From Octopus vulgaris (Eukaryota): a stretch of 64,000 nucleotides of DNA. The notes below the pieces were generated by a model that was not told the origin of the DNA, did not search any database, and was given only the letters and a program-made list of their open reading frames with translations. Positions 40,200 through 54,333 of the stretch are shown piece after piece (position 1 is the stretch's first letter; the number at the start of each line of letters is the position of its first letter). The position numbers and the translations under genes were made by a program. The stretch lies in the NCBI GenBank assembly GCA_951406725.2, contig OX597815.1:172112001-172176000 (forward strand), in the 5' to 3' direction.

Positions 40200-40530
40200 C
40201 AGAACGGGTCCAAAATGGCGTCGAACAATGGAGACGATGTTGGTCTGCAACAATTTTGGTTAAAGGCCTTTTGGTAAGGACTGCTAGAAGCAAGTCCTGA
40301 CGGAGAGAGAATATAAGTGACCGCTGCCTTCGATAGCCATGTCCCAAGTCCCCGCTTGCTGCTGCTAGTGGTCAAACGTTCTACGATCCCCCTGCCTTGG
40401 CCAGGGTCGTGCTTCCGGTGGTTCGCGCATGCGCGAGAGGGCCCTTCCTTTCTCTGCCTTGGTAAAGGCACCAACACGCGCGAAATACAAATGGACGGTG
40501 CGCGAGCGCGCACCGTTATAGGGTCACTAC
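40200..40530 (+). promoter_or_regulatory. CpG-rich promoter-like island with a possible short first coding exon (40215-40273)
   Basis: CAAAATGGCG (YY1-like) overlaps the ATG; the frame MASNNGDDVGLQQFWLKAF ends at TG|GTAAGG donor; CTTCCGG (ETS-like, 40412) and palindromic TCGCGCATGCGCGA (NRF1-like, 40423). Confidence 0.3.
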
Positions 40531-41783
40531 AAGTATTTTAATCAACAGCGGACGGTACCAATTTTAATTGTTATGAATCATAGCATTCCATATTGACAAG
40601 CTGGTTGATCTTTAAATCCAAATGTTTTGCTTCGTAATTTAAACTTTACTGATTTCTAAAGCCTTCATATCTAGTGTTGTCACTGTGTTTGCCAAAGATT
40701 ACTTTCACTGACCATCGTAGCCCTGAATCAATTTTGTATGTAATTTGCATTTCAGTATTGTCTCCCTTGTATTTCTTGATCTGAATTATCCTTATCTTTT
40801 TATTGCAGCTGTACTCATTACACTTTTAAAAATCGTTTTTAGATCGTTACTTTACTTATATTAGACCACATGCAAATGCAAAATCTCATCAATACTGCTG
40901 TATATACGGTGAAGTTTACAGTTTTCTAACAAGGTCTAATGAAACCGAAACAAGCTTGGAGTTGTCTCTTGTAGTTGTGAAAAGCCTCAAAATAATATTT
41001 ATCGATTACTAATATATTTTTTTTCAGAGCATAATTCTCTTTTGTAAGGTTTTTGAAACTCACTAAGTTAACGGCAACACTATCTGCATATTTCTTTTAT
41101 TCTTCAACTGGGTACCAACTTCTAAGGCAGCAATTCTCAAACTGATGAATACTAGTCCCTCCTCCTTCCACCTCTGAAAAATAAGTGAAATTTGGTAACC
41201 CTTCTCCATTTTTTGTTAACGTGTTTTCATCTATATAATTCTTATCTTTTTCCAAAAGGAGCTGGATACGTTTAAAAACATCTTAATTTTATTAAACATG
41301 CCAATTTGTTTGCTCTCTTTTCACTTTTCATAGCCCCATCCTTTTATAAGAGACAATGTTGGTTAAAGTCAGTTACACTAACACCAGTATTATCTTATCG
41401 ACTTAACCACCGACCCGCGGACAAACCATTTTATACCGGGCCGCACAGAAAGAATATATTTTAAAATTTTATTTCTATTTCATTGGCTAGCAGTTTGCAG
41501 AGTGCTTTTGCATTATTAATATACTCTATATGTAATATATATGTATTATATATTATATATGCAATATACACGTATTATCTATGTAATAAGTAAATTATAT
41601 ATTATGCACTTTATTGCGCTTATTAGCGTGATCGCTCGTTCCGTGTAAATATCGTCGTGCATGATACCGGTCCATGGTGCAAAAAACGGTTGGGGACTGC
41701 TACCATAAGGTATTTTATCCAACGATCTTTCCATTCAGGTGTCCAACCACCAGAACTTGTTCAATTCTTACAATAACTTAGCA

Positions 41784-41859
<76 letters not shown>

Positions 41860-42977
41860 CAAAATGGGACAAGAACGCAAAACATCCGGACAACTAGGTG
41901 ATACAAAAAGGGACAACAAAACATCCAGACAGACGATACAAAAAGCACGGACGGGTCATTCAAAGCCTTTAATCTTCAGTCAAGAACCGGATCATCCTCG
42001 CAATTTCGGTTGATTAATCTTGAGATTGCTCCAATCTGGCCAGCACCAAGGAAAAACTAAGCTAAAAGCATTAGATTCCATGGAAAAAAGCAACGAATGT
42101 ATACGAAACAAGGACGGAAAAACGGACGCTGTTACACAAATATAAATACAATAATAATAATAGTAATAACAGGACATAACAACAGGCGTCTTTCGACTGG
42201 AGACGAATTGAATTCAGCTGGCGTGTTGGGAATTGGGAAGAATATCGATGTGGCAGTGACCGTGGTCAAACGCAAAAGGGCTAGCAGTCAGTCAACGATA
42301 TATATATATATAATTTGGTATTTCAATAAAAGCCAAAAAAAAAAGCCGACAACTTTAGACCATATAACGAATACATTATGATGCAAATGTACGTGTCTGA
42401 GTATGCACATACAGAATTGCAACATACATGTTGCATTTAAGACGTCATTTAAAAATATGCAGCATATATTTCTAAACAATTCAGGAACGAATAATATTCA
42501 GTACTTTTCGCTCCGAAAGGAATCCAACCTTCGATCTCTTGCCAGATAGAGAAACATAATAATTGTTTACTGGTCAAGACTATCATTATTCTATAAACGA
42601 TTATGGATAGAAGTATTTAATTATTCAGAATCTGTTATATAAACCTTTACGTCAGTGCGAACATATCTGTTTCCTAAAAGTAGTTATTTAGTAACTTAAC
42701 TTAGGAACATCAGCTTAGCCTAAGGACAGGTAAATTTTACCCAATAACTAAGGGCAACATATTCTATCTTGCTTACTTCGATGAGCAGACAGCTTTGACA
42801 TTCTCTCTACTTAAGCGAGGTGTGCTATACAAGTTCTGTGAAAAATACGTGATGTATCGGTGTTTTTATTTTTTCTTATATATTTTATAATGGAAATTGT
42901 GAACAATGGTTACAAGTTGCCAAAGGATAAATCACAGGATATACATACATACATACATACATACATACATACATACA

Positions 42978-43009
<32 letters not shown>

Positions 43010-43213
43010 CATACATACATACATACATACATACATACATACATACATACATACATACATACATACATACATAAGTACATACATAAATATACATTCATAC
43101 ATAAACACACAAACACATACATACATACATACATACATACATACATACATACAAACATACATACATACATACATACATACATACATACATACATACATAC
43201 ATACATACATACA

Positions 43214-43244
<31 letters not shown>

Positions 43245-43635
43245 GATGACTGCAAATTCGTATTCGAGTATTGCTATCGTGTGATCGAAAATCCCACACA
43301 TGCGAAGGCTACGACCAACCATTTTTGTGATAGGTCTTACATTTTTTTCAAGTTATGTCCGTGCATGATGATTTTTATAGTGGGAAAAGGATTTGCACAA
43401 ATCCAATCCCACTCTCAGAACATGGACAACATAAACTCGGAAAGAAGAACTAGTCTACATCATCGAATATTGTCAGTATCGCAGGTTTTCTTTCAGAGTT
43501 TCCCTCTCCTAGAGAGATGTTGTGACAACAGAGAGGTCTCCCATTCTCAGTGGGCCAACCGCGCGCCTGGACATACATCCATGCATACATACATGCGTAC
43601 ATACATACTTAAATACATACATACATACATACATA

Positions 43636-44916
43636 CGAGAGGCATCATTAAAGATTTCCCCTGACCACTTCCGGTTATTGCAGGAAACGGAACTTGTACA
43701 GGTATAATCATACATGTCTCGACATGTCACATTGTGAATTGCAGCTTCCCACTAATATTTGTTTGTCTTTTACGGCTGCTGACGTAGACTGAGATGTTAT
43801 AATGGACGCAGTTGAATGCAGATCGGTGACCAGGTTCTTATACTTGAAAGGTTGTACACCAAAAAAGACTTTCGATGAGATGAAAGAAGTTTATGGTGAT
43901 GATGCACCATCATTCGACGTGGTCAAGCACTGGCATCGCCAGTTCAAATGTGGTCGGGCATCGGTGGAAACTGCTCCTATTCCTGGACGACCACATTCCG
44001 TCATTGATGATGACACCATCTATAAAGTGGAAGTCGCCATTTTGAAGGATCGCTACATAACTAACGGCAACTAGCCCAAGAAGTGAAGATAAGTGTGGAG
44101 TCCGTAGAAAAACTCATTCACGACCATTTCCACATGCATAAGTTGTTTGCACATGCATAAGTTGTCTGCACGATGGATTCTACAGATGCCCACACCTTTG
44201 CAGAAGCAGGAACGAGTCAATTGCTTCCAGGCTCTTTTGGCATTGTGCCAAGAAAACGAGGAGGACTTTTTCGGTTGACTTATCACACATGATGAAACAT
44301 GAGACCGTCACTATGATCCTGAGACTAAAGTCCAGTCGAAGCAATGGAAGCATGATAATTCACCATCTCCAAAGAAGGCTTATGTCCAACCCTCAGCAGG
44401 CAAGGTCATGCTCACAGTCTTTTGGGACCAGCGCGGAATAGTGATGATGGATTTTCTGACAAAGAGCTCTGCTGCAGAAATTGCAGGACGCCATCAAAAC
44501 AGAGAGGCTTGGCATGCTGATCAAAAGCGTCCGCTTCCTCCAAGACAACGCCCCAGTTTTCAATGCGCTTGTTGCTCAGGTGAAAGCACACTCCTCTGGC
44601 TATGAAATCCTTCCTCATCCCCCTTACTTTCCCGATCTTGCATCGTCTGACTTCCAACTCTTTCCATCGTGAAATTTTCGTTGAAGGGGAAGCACTTTCC
44701 GAATGATGATGATCTTATTTCCGAGGTAAAGTCCTGGCTCCAGACACAACCTACCGACTTCTACAGACGAGATCTTCATAGCTGCATAAAGCGATGAGAG
44801 AAATGTGTCACCATTGGCGATGGCTATGAGGAGAAGGACTAATAATTATGGAAAAATTTTGTCTATCCCAGTCCTTGAGTAGTGGGTCAGGGGAAATATT
44901 TAGTGAGCACCCCTCG
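43636..44916 (+). mobile_element. Full-length decayed mariner (DD34D) transposon in (TACA)n
   Basis: TA-CGAGAGGCATCATTAAAGATTTCCCCTGACC / GGTCAGGGGAAATATTTAGTGAGCACCCCTCG-TA. Transposase from 43802: HTH..GRP, ITHDET, KVMLTVFWD, LQDNAP, HPPYFPDLASSDF; stops and frameshifts present. Confidence 0.93.
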
Positions 44917-45501
44917 TACATACATACATACATACATACATACATACATACATACATACATACATACATACATACATACATACATACATACATACATACA
45001 TACATACATTTGCTGAACTATTTGGAATTCTACCCAGATTACAAGTCCAGGTTTATACCTGTAAGTATTTGAATACTAGGATATGTAACACACTGCCTAA
45101 GTACCAATCTTGAGTAATAATACTTCTAGAAACCAGAAATAAGGCTAATTCAAAAACTCAAGCCATCACTCAAACTGTAAAAATTTGCAAAACTCCCCAG
45201 AAACTTACCATTTAAGTACATATGTGCATGTCTAGAATGCAAATCTATGTATGAGTATACATACATAAGACAAAATATACAAATCTGCACATGCACTGAC
45301 TCCAAATACTGCTCACATACACACATGCATACAAAAATGCTCTGTTGATATTGTTGAAATTCCAATAAAGGAACCTTGGATTCAGATTAGGAACTGGTTC
45401 TTTCTATATTGGCAAGAAATTTTGAAATAAAAATAGATAATCGCACACACCCACACACACATACATACGTACATTTGCTTCCCAATCATATGTATTTATA
45501 T

Positions 45502-45599
<98 letters not shown>

Positions 45600-45632
45600 T
45601 ATATACATACGTACATACATACATACATACAT

Positions 45633-45718
<86 letters not shown>

Positions 45719-46016
45719 TATATATATATACAAAATTCTTGAGAACACATTCTTCGTGGTAATGGCGATTTAACGTCTATGTTTAGCATATAGGCTGTCC
45801 ACTTTTTGTGGTCAGTCCTCTAAATTTTGTATGTAAAACAATTTTTAATCTTCGGAGTTTTTAAAAATATGCTAAGCCACTGGTTTTAATTGATTAATAT
45901 CAATTTCTACCCTTATTTAATTTTATTTATATAATTGTTAAAGAGGACAACAAACGTTAAGGCAAGACAAACATCTTAAGTCATAATATACGTTGTTATT
46001 ATTGGAAAAATTCAAA

Positions 46017-46072
46017 GTCTTAGAGCTGTTTTGGGGATATCCCAAAGTACGGGATACCCCCTCATCATAAAC
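46017..46072 (-). ncRNA. Degenerate hammerhead ribozyme
   Basis: GTTT-ATGATGA-GGGGGTATCCC gtacttt GGGATATCCCC-AAAA-CAGCTC-TA-AGAC. Strong stem II, but core C3 and G12 are substituted. Confidence 0.5.
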
Positions 46073-46329
46073 AAATAGGGGACAAATAGGCAAAATGTGA
46101 GAAGTATAGATAAATGAAATGATGACAGAATACAGGAGAAAGGAAATAAAGAAATGAAAAAAAAAAAGAAAAAAGAAGCATAAAAGTTCACAGTTCAGCT
46201 TTCCGATAGTGTAGATGTTAGTCCATACGTCCTTAGGTGCAATCCTGTGTAAATCCATGTATGGTTATAGCCTTAATAGTGTACAATTAATAACACTGAT
46301 AATTTTTACGAACCAAATTACAGTAAACA

Positions 46330-47385
46330 TTTTTTAGACCGAGTGCAGAGAAACAGAAACAGACGTTAGAACAAAACATACAGGAGAAATTCAAAGTAAT
46401 TTATCAAAGGAAACTCTCTCTCTGTAACAAAAATCATTATACTAGCTAAAGTAGGATAATAGATATCCTAGAGTCAGAGGATTTAAAGTTAAGACTCATT
46501 ATAGCTGGCCCAACCTGTGAAACCCACCACCTAAGCAATTTTCTAGACATCCTGCAGAAACCCTTGCGGAAATACATCAAAAATTTCTTTATAGACGATC
46601 TGTATATGCTTGAGCACCTACCAAAAACAACTAATGAAGAGACATTATTGGTTTCCTTCGATGTTATTAATCAATAAAATTCTGGCTGGAAAAATACCTC
46701 GAAGAACTTCCAGAACGCATAAACCAGGTTTTTATTATTGAAAATTTAAAATTTATACTCCAGAATGATTATTTCCTAATTAATATAAACCCTAACATCC
46801 AATTTACAATGGAATATAACAAAGAACAGCTCCCTTTCATAGATATTATGATTAAATAAGTTAACAACCAAATTGTAACTGACATTTATCATAAACCAAC
46901 GAACTCGAAACAATATTTTCTTTTTAGCTCATGCCACCTGAAACACATCACAAGAAATATCGCCTTTAATTTAGGGAAAAGGATTTGCACAATAGTATCT
47001 GATGGAAATACCTGGTACCTCCATCTTCAAGACCTCAGAACAATACTAATTGAGAGACAATATCCACCCTCGCTTATAGACGATGGAATTAAGCGTGCCA
47101 AGAAATTGGGTATTAAAATACAAAGGAAAACAAAACGTAACACCACACCACATCTCAAAACACTACCGTATATATCAACTCACAACCCCAGAAACAATAA
47201 GGCATACAACACTATTGTACAAGATCTACCTATGTTCACTAGGAATCCCAAAATGAGCAACTATCTGAAAACACATGAATTCGTCAAATGCAAAAAGCAA
47301 CACAAATCGCTGAAACGACTTAAAAAATGTGGACGCCCAAACTGTGGAACATGCCCAAACCTGTTGGAAGGCTCGGGATTCCATG
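46330..47385 (+). pseudogene. Penelope-like element RT and linker remnant, internally deleted
   Basis: RLIIAGPTCETHHLSNFLDILQKPL, LLVSFDVIN, NPNIQFTME...LPFIDI, TDIYHKPTNSKQY..FSSCHLKH, RQYPPSLI, LPYISTHNP and KCGRPNCGTCP. Confidence 0.88.
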
Positions 47386-47670
47386 TTTGTTTTCGTTTGG
47401 TTTCCTTGTATGTCTCCACTGTCCTGTTTTTGTTCCCAACTTTAACCCTCCATCAATGGGAGCAACTGTCTCCATATTGGAGCAACTGTCTTCATATTGT
47501 CGTTGATTGCTCGAAATGGGGAGTAGATAGGTCGTCAACAACTGATGATGGGTCGTTCTTTGTATTCTTTGTATTATTTGTCCTACTTTCCATTTTCTCT
47601 CTCGTTGTTTGCGTATTTAACTCATTTGTTTTCGTATTTCATGTTGCTTACTGTTGGTGACGTCCATATA

Positions 47671-47743
<73 letters not shown>

Positions 47744-48954
47744 TATTAATAATGATCAGGAGAGCGGAGATTTATTCCACATCTATAATTTTATTAGACA
47801 GCTATTTACAGCATTCTTTCGTGGGCCTACGCACGTTTCAACAGCATCGACTGCACATTGTTAGATATGCATCATTCAGTATATCATTCTAGTTATTTCA
47901 AGGAGAATATTCCTATTTTTAGATTTATTCATGTAATTTTGATTGACTTTTTCTTTCACAATTGTTATGCTAGTAATTTATTATTTTCTAGCTATATTAC
48001 GTGTAATATTCATTAGTACTATCAAAAAGTTTATCATTCTACTCATTTCATGAAGAATATTCTTGTTTTTAGATGTGTGCAATTAATTTTGATTCTTTTT
48101 TTCATAATTGTTATTCTAGTAATTTATAGATCGCATCGTTTATTCCCTATACTATACAGTTTATCTCAGTCAATTGAATATACTTTATTACTGTCCTTCA
48201 ACGACCAAATTAATTTGCTTAGGCTTGTATGATTTTTTTTTGTTTTTATCACTAAAAGAATTTTAGTGGCTGGCTATTCTTTGTTTTATAAAACATGAAC
48301 TGGTACCTATATAGAAATATTCCACATCTTCTGATGTAACTTTACACCTGTAAGCTGCATTTCTAATTTTACATTCAGATTTTAACGGACATATTCTACC
48401 TCTTGTGCAATCGCAATTATTAAATCTTCTAAATTCTATTATTATTTTCTATTTTGGTTCGATTTCTGGTAATCCTTAATTTATTTCGTCTATGTTCCAA
48501 GTTATTTTCGCTATTCTTATCGTTGACATTCCATGTACTGCACTTTCTAGCGTTCTTGTCTTCCCATTCTAGTCTCGCGTTTCGGTTAGTTAAGGTTGCT
48601 TCCTTTTGATTAGTTACTCTGGTATAGCTATTTCTCGGGTCCCTAGCTATCTTAGGTTAACCTCGTTAGATTAACCGCAGTTAGGTTAATCTCGTTACTG
48701 TTTATTGCTAAGTCACTATTTCTATTCAAGTTATTGTTATTAGTATTCTCATAGAAATTACTTAATTTACTTTACACATTTTTCTCTGTCGATTTTTTTC
48801 TTTTCATTCTCTCTCAGCTTTTTCCTCTTAATCCTTTCTGTCGAAGAGCGCAGGCTCAAAACGTAAAAGACTTTGCCATTCTTCCCGCGTATTAAACTAA
48901 TACACCTGCTTGTTGCGCCTACGCCTGTCTTCGTCATTTGTTTCTGTAAATTTG

Positions 48955-49004
<50 letters not shown>

Positions 49005-49008
<4 letters not shown>

Positions 49009-49613
49009 CAACAATTGAGGGTAAAATTAATTAATTATTAATCAATTTCACCAAGTGTTCAGTATGCAAAGGGACCATTTAAGGCGAATTCAAATTATTA
49101 CATTATATAAAAGGGCTTAGTAAAATAAATTACTTTGCCGCATACTGAACTCATTAGAAATAGCAGCTAAAAAACTCTTTTAAAGCTATTTCTAATACTT
49201 AAAGAAAATCTCTCTCATATAGTGCTTGCTTAACTCAACTCACAAAAGTTTGGGGGTAAGGACATCAAAAAATCAAATGCAAAGGTTATTTGAGAACGTA
49301 CGTTTCAAGATTAGTCAATACGACACTTCTATCATCAGCTCAGAAACTCCTTGGTTTGGATTTGAAAACACTGAAAGTAAGAACATACCCTTTCGGCTTC
49401 TCATCGCTTTCGAAGATCTGCTCGTAACTAACAGTGTCAACAAACTCAAATATGCAAGCGAAGAATTTCTGTTCTCCCCTTTCCACCAGCGTGGGTTAAA
49501 ATCATCAAACACTATGCTTATTTCGGTAAAATCCGAAGCATTAATTAGAGGGAGATTAATTATAATTTCAACAATTGAGGGTAAAATTAATTAATTATTA
49601 ATCAATTTCACCA
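49005..49613 (-). mobile_element. 560-bp non-coding hammerhead-bearing unit with 49-bp direct terminal repeats (pLTR/retrozyme-like), homologous to 17816-18322
   Basis: ATTTCAACAATTGAGGG...CAATTTCACCA at 49005-49053 and 49565-49613; flanked by (TA)n on both sides. Confidence 0.75.
49291..49342 (-). ncRNA. Type I hammerhead ribozyme candidate
   Basis: TGAG-CTGATGA-stem II-GAAA-CGTACG-TT-CTCA; same position within the unit as the 17987 motif. Confidence 0.65.
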
Positions 49614-49652
49614 TATATATATATATATATATTATATATTTATATTTAAAAA

Positions 49653-49704
<52 letters not shown>

Positions 49705-50279
49705 GGAAAATAGAGAAAACCACAGATTAACAAACACATCGACTGGACCACATTTATAGCTTATTTTTTAATACAAAGCATGACATAACAAAATAGGTGA
49801 CGTAACATATCTTAAGACCGTTACTGATCGGCGACCAAAATGCAGTCTTTAAATAAATGCAAGAATAAAGTTCTTCATCTTCATAAAGCATTCAAATTAA
49901 GGCAACTGATCTTCATCAGAGTGAAAAAACAAGAGCATACTATATACACAAAAGGGAGAAGGAAAAGGAAAGAAAACATGGCTTAGACAAATAGTCTAGA
50001 AGCCTATTATGTTAAAGGCAAATAATTTACCATCAGGAGCTACAGGGTCCGTAGGTAAAAGAGTGAGCTCACTCTTTTAGGACGAAAGGAGAGAGAGCGA
50101 AGAGACAACATTTCTGCGGCCCAAAGATTAGACTGTGCTGTTGAGCGACTTCATACTACTCAGTCTGGTGTTCTTTTTTTAGTGCACAGTCAGGTTCCTT
50201 GGTGTACACACTCTGGTTCCTATAAGTTTACATTTATACTTTTATCTCCAACAGCACGTTAATAACTGAATCTAAACCA

Positions 50280-50570
50280 AAATAGTCATGTCCCCTGCCA
50301 CTTTGATTGGATCTTCACCAACCTAAAGCCATTTGAGTGACCGTTTCTGTGAGTGCAATCATAATGAGCAGAATAACACCCTAACGATCTCCAAACTTGT
50401 AAATAGACGTTTTAATTATCGAGGTCGTTTCCTCAACCATCATTGGTTGTGGAGTCACCTTATATCACAGCTCAATCTTCAAAAAAGAACACAATGAGAA
50501 AAATTTCATCTTTCTTCTAAGCTCTTCCTATCTTACATGTTTTATGAACGCCTCACATTCTCCTAATTCA
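50280..50570 (+). pseudogene. Possible decayed PLE GIY-YIG endonuclease C-terminus
   Basis: Fragments LIG...HLSDRFCE...RFNY and EKNFIFLL resemble YIG.T...L.DRF.EH...HFN...E..LIF.L. Confidence 0.4.
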
Positions 50571-50783
50571 TCTCAACTCCTGTGTTTACTTTTTACTTAA
50601 CTTCTGCATGTTTGTATATAAAAATGATTAAAGTGGACACTTCTGTCACTTTCTATGTATGGGCATCCAGTTGTTCGATCAGCTGGACAACATATTCATT
50701 AAATTAGCGTGCAAAGTGGCTGAATATTCCATATAACTTTGACATAATTCTCAACATTCCTTCTTTCCTCCTTCTCTTCCATC

Positions 50784-50870
50784 TTCCTTCCTTCCTTCCT
50801 TCCTTCCTTCCTTCCTTCCTTCCTTCCTTCCTTCCTTCCTTCCTTCCTTCCTTCCTTCCTTCTTTCCTTC
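50784..50870 (+). repeat. (TTCC)n microsatellite
   Basis: Seen directly. Confidence 0.95.
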
Positions 50871-52039
50871 CTATCCTTTAACCATGTAGTCGTTGGGGCA
50901 TTCGTTGATGACGTCGAATCCAGATTTTGCCTCATATCTCGGTCATCTGCTGCTCTCTGTGAGTCGGCAAACTTGAGGCATGTTCACTCTTTGGTGCTAA
51001 CGTGAGCGACGACCAATCTGATATGGGTCCTAGTCTGGTTCTCATCATCATGAATGCTTCAAGGGCAAGTTAGTATGGTGGCGCCCATCCCTCTCCAAGC
51101 TGTTAGTCACATCCATATGCCTCTACCTGAGACACGCCTTGGCCCTGAACACTAGGCCGTTGGCCTGAGCGTGTCCCACTGCCCTAGCAGGTGACTCCTT
51201 GGGGAGTTTTACTCGGTGTCTTTCACCGACGGATTTCTATACGTTTTTCCTCGGCCAAAATCGATTCACAAGACTCGGATCATCCCGAGCTTACGATAAA
51301 AACACATGGACACAATATTATGCAGTGGGATTACACTTCCGGTCTCTCAACACTCAGCCTTAACTGTGTTCGTACGCACGCACGCGTATGTGTATGTTTT
51401 AAACTCCTTTCTCTCCTATAAATCAGTTAAATCTGGAGATAAAGATTTATTTTCCTCCTTTTCATAGAATAACCGGTACTCGTGATGAAAGCTATAATAC
51501 TATTATTAAAAATCTTAGAATTATATTATTGGTTTAAGCTGTAACTCTTTATTTTATCTCTTTAGTTAAATCCTTTCCTATATATATTTTATGGATTTAA
51601 ATATATACGCTGTAACATTCATTACGAAAATACTGGTATATTTTGTATGCTTTATATTGTATATTTCTTCAATCTCTTTTAGTGCCTTTTACGAAACAGA
51701 CGTGTTTTTCTGCTGTTGCTCTCGCTTAATTGTAAGTTTTCCCTTTTGGGATTACCGTTGTATTTTTTTAACTGTTATACAACTTTTGCTGTTTTTTGTG
51801 CCTTTTGGACACATTGCCTGCTTTAGCAGGTTCGTTTTTTGTGCGAATTCCCCCTATTTAGAGGCGAATTGTTTTCTTTTGTGGAAATTTTTTTTACACA
51901 GTCAGTACAACATGAAAGTTGACATCTCCCAATATGTAATTCTAGACTACTTCTTGGAGGAATTGTGCGAACAAATGTTACCCTCTCTCCCATTTTGCCA
52001 AACGAGGGAAGAGAAAAATATACCAGAAACCTTCCTCCG

Positions 52040-53226
52040 AATTGAAACACAGAATGGTAATGGAAAAATGAACTGCGCGTCCGTGGCTGGTGTCACTAGC
52101 GAAAAAGTGCAAGTCAGCCCGGCGAGCTCGAAAAATATATAAACTTATTGCAGAGGGAAGGAGCGAACATGAAGCTGACTCCCCCAGAAGAAGTGATATA
52201 CAACACGAAACACAAAACAATAGTTTATAGAACGCTGTCTCGGACAACAAAAAGGATACCAATTTGGCACAACAGAAAATACGTAAATAGAGGAGGGTGC
52301 TTCGACATGGTAGAGGTGAGATTCGCTTCCGAAGAGGAGGCAAAAGGAACACTTTACGCCTTCCTTAAAACCGGCAGATCTGGTGCTACTGCCGACTTAC
52401 CTTGGAATGCGAACATCGAAAATAAGGATAGGGGAGGTCCCACCAGAAATCGATGCGGTGTGGCTGAAGGTGGCCATGCTGCTGGACCTGGAAGATAGAG
52501 CCGCTATCCTTCAGGCCACTAGGCTACACCAGCAGAACTGATGGGGCCAAGGTCTGGAGCTAATAAGCCAGACCGCCCAGAGGAACTTGGAAGAAATATC
52601 AAGGCAAATAATACTTCCGGAGGAGGCCACACTAAGAGTCATAACGAAGGAAAGAAGTCCACTGTGCTTTAAGTGTGGGCAAGAGGGCCACATATAAACC
52701 ACGTTCCCACAGAAGCACCCCTCCACCTAGCAACCCACCACAGTCTGACGACCCGAAAGAAAGCAAGAGGGAGCCAACCAGCACCGTGACGAAACAACCC
52801 ATCAACCCACCACATTTTGTCTGGCCTGTACTGTGAATGAAAAGTATATGCCTTGCTACATGTGTGAGATGATTGAACGTGAGTACCAGTGATCCTAAAA
52901 GAAAATCAAGAGACAATGCGACATTCCTTTTTCATCAAGTGTTACATTTTGTCTAATCATATGTTGCTCCAACCCATTTTGTCTGTCCTGATTTATGAAT
53001 GAAGAGTGTATGCCTTGTTACATGTGTAAGTGAAATGACTTGAACGTAAGTACCGTGATTCTAAAAGAAGATCAGTGATGATACGTGGTTTGTGGGGCCC
53101 CGTGTCCAGCACTCCATTTTTATCATTTCCACTCTTTCATTATCCATTCGCTATTTTGACTCCCATGTTTTGTCTGTCTTGTATTGTCCCTTCTGTGTAT
53201 TAGTCTTTTATGGTAAATAAAAAATA
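52040..53226 (+). mobile_element. Decayed LINE-type ORF1 (gag-like zinc knuckle) joined to a 3' UTR with a tandem duplication; no RT
   Basis: RVITKERSPLCFKCGQEGHI (CCHC knuckle, about 52637-52695); a ~95-bp block is duplicated at about 52810 and 52973; A-rich end at about 53215-53226. Confidence 0.6.
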
Positions 53227-53227
53227 C

Positions 53228-53264
<37 letters not shown>

Positions 53265-54045
53265 CATATCGTATTTTTTCTACCTCTTACTTCCGTTTGT
53301 GAATGTATATATCTTCAATAACAGACCTTGACACGTGTGTGGGCTTATGTCCATGCGGTTACTTACGCATTTGGAATTTTAAAAAAGCGATTTTTAATCA
53401 GCATCGATTTTTCAAAAATCGTAAAATATCGGCTTTTTTCACACTAGCCATCGTCACATCAATTTGACGAAAAATGCCAAAATTTGACAAAATATGTTTC
53501 ATGGGTATAAACAGACATCTTATTAACGGTAATTTATTTAGCACTTGCTAGTTCTGCATTTCAATGGGAATTGTTTTGATCTTCTAAAACTTAATAATAT
53601 TTCAATTCGTTATTTTAATTCTCCAGTGTATCAGGTTTTGATTAGGTAAGAGCATTTTATTTCTCGAGCAAACTTTAGGCATTTTGCACACTAGCCGTTG
53701 GGACATCAATTTCACGAATTCTGCTCCAAAGCGTAAAATTTCGTCATTTGACGCACATGCATAAAAATAAGGATGACATGGGTTCGCTACCAGACTCTAT
53801 TCATTCTTACGTCTAATTGGTCCTACCCATTAATATAGATTTTAATTTTTTGAAAAATGTCGAAATTTGGCGAAAAATGTTTCATAGCTATAAACAACAT
53901 CTTATTACCAGTAATTTATTACCGGATACCTCAACTAGTTTATAAATATATATACAAAAAAGCCATTTAGTGATTGACGAATTTGTCTGCGTGATTTCAG
54001 TGCTTGTTTCGCGTGAGCGCATGTTTGTGTGAATACATACATACA

Positions 54046-54079
<34 letters not shown>

Positions 54080-54258
54080 CAAAACAAATAGTAAGGGATT
54101 ATCAATCCGGGCAAAATACTTCATATATATTATTTAGCAAAACAACCAAAACGTAATCGAGCAAGACAAAAGAAAAAGCAATAAAATATGGATTACTCGC
54201 ATACATGTTTCACTATTAACATATTACGTAATTTTACTCACATAAATGTCCGTAGATC

Positions 54259-54283
54259 ATTGGTACGACCGTCCAGATGAATA

Positions 54284-54333
<50 letters not shown>

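Noticed and set aside
48835-48872. Hammerhead-like TCGAAGAGC-GCAG-GCTC-AAAACGTA (similar weak cases at about 16830, 30405, 49815 and 59935)
   Set aside because: Several core substitutions or no convincing stem I; too degenerate to call.
51591-52142. 183-aa hydrophobic ORF
   Set aside because: T-rich low-complexity composition, no recognisable domain, and it overlaps the start of a TE remnant.
53430-53920. Dispersed 40-60-bp direct repeats
   Set aside because: Probably subterminal repeats of an old DNA transposon; I could not define termini or a TSD.
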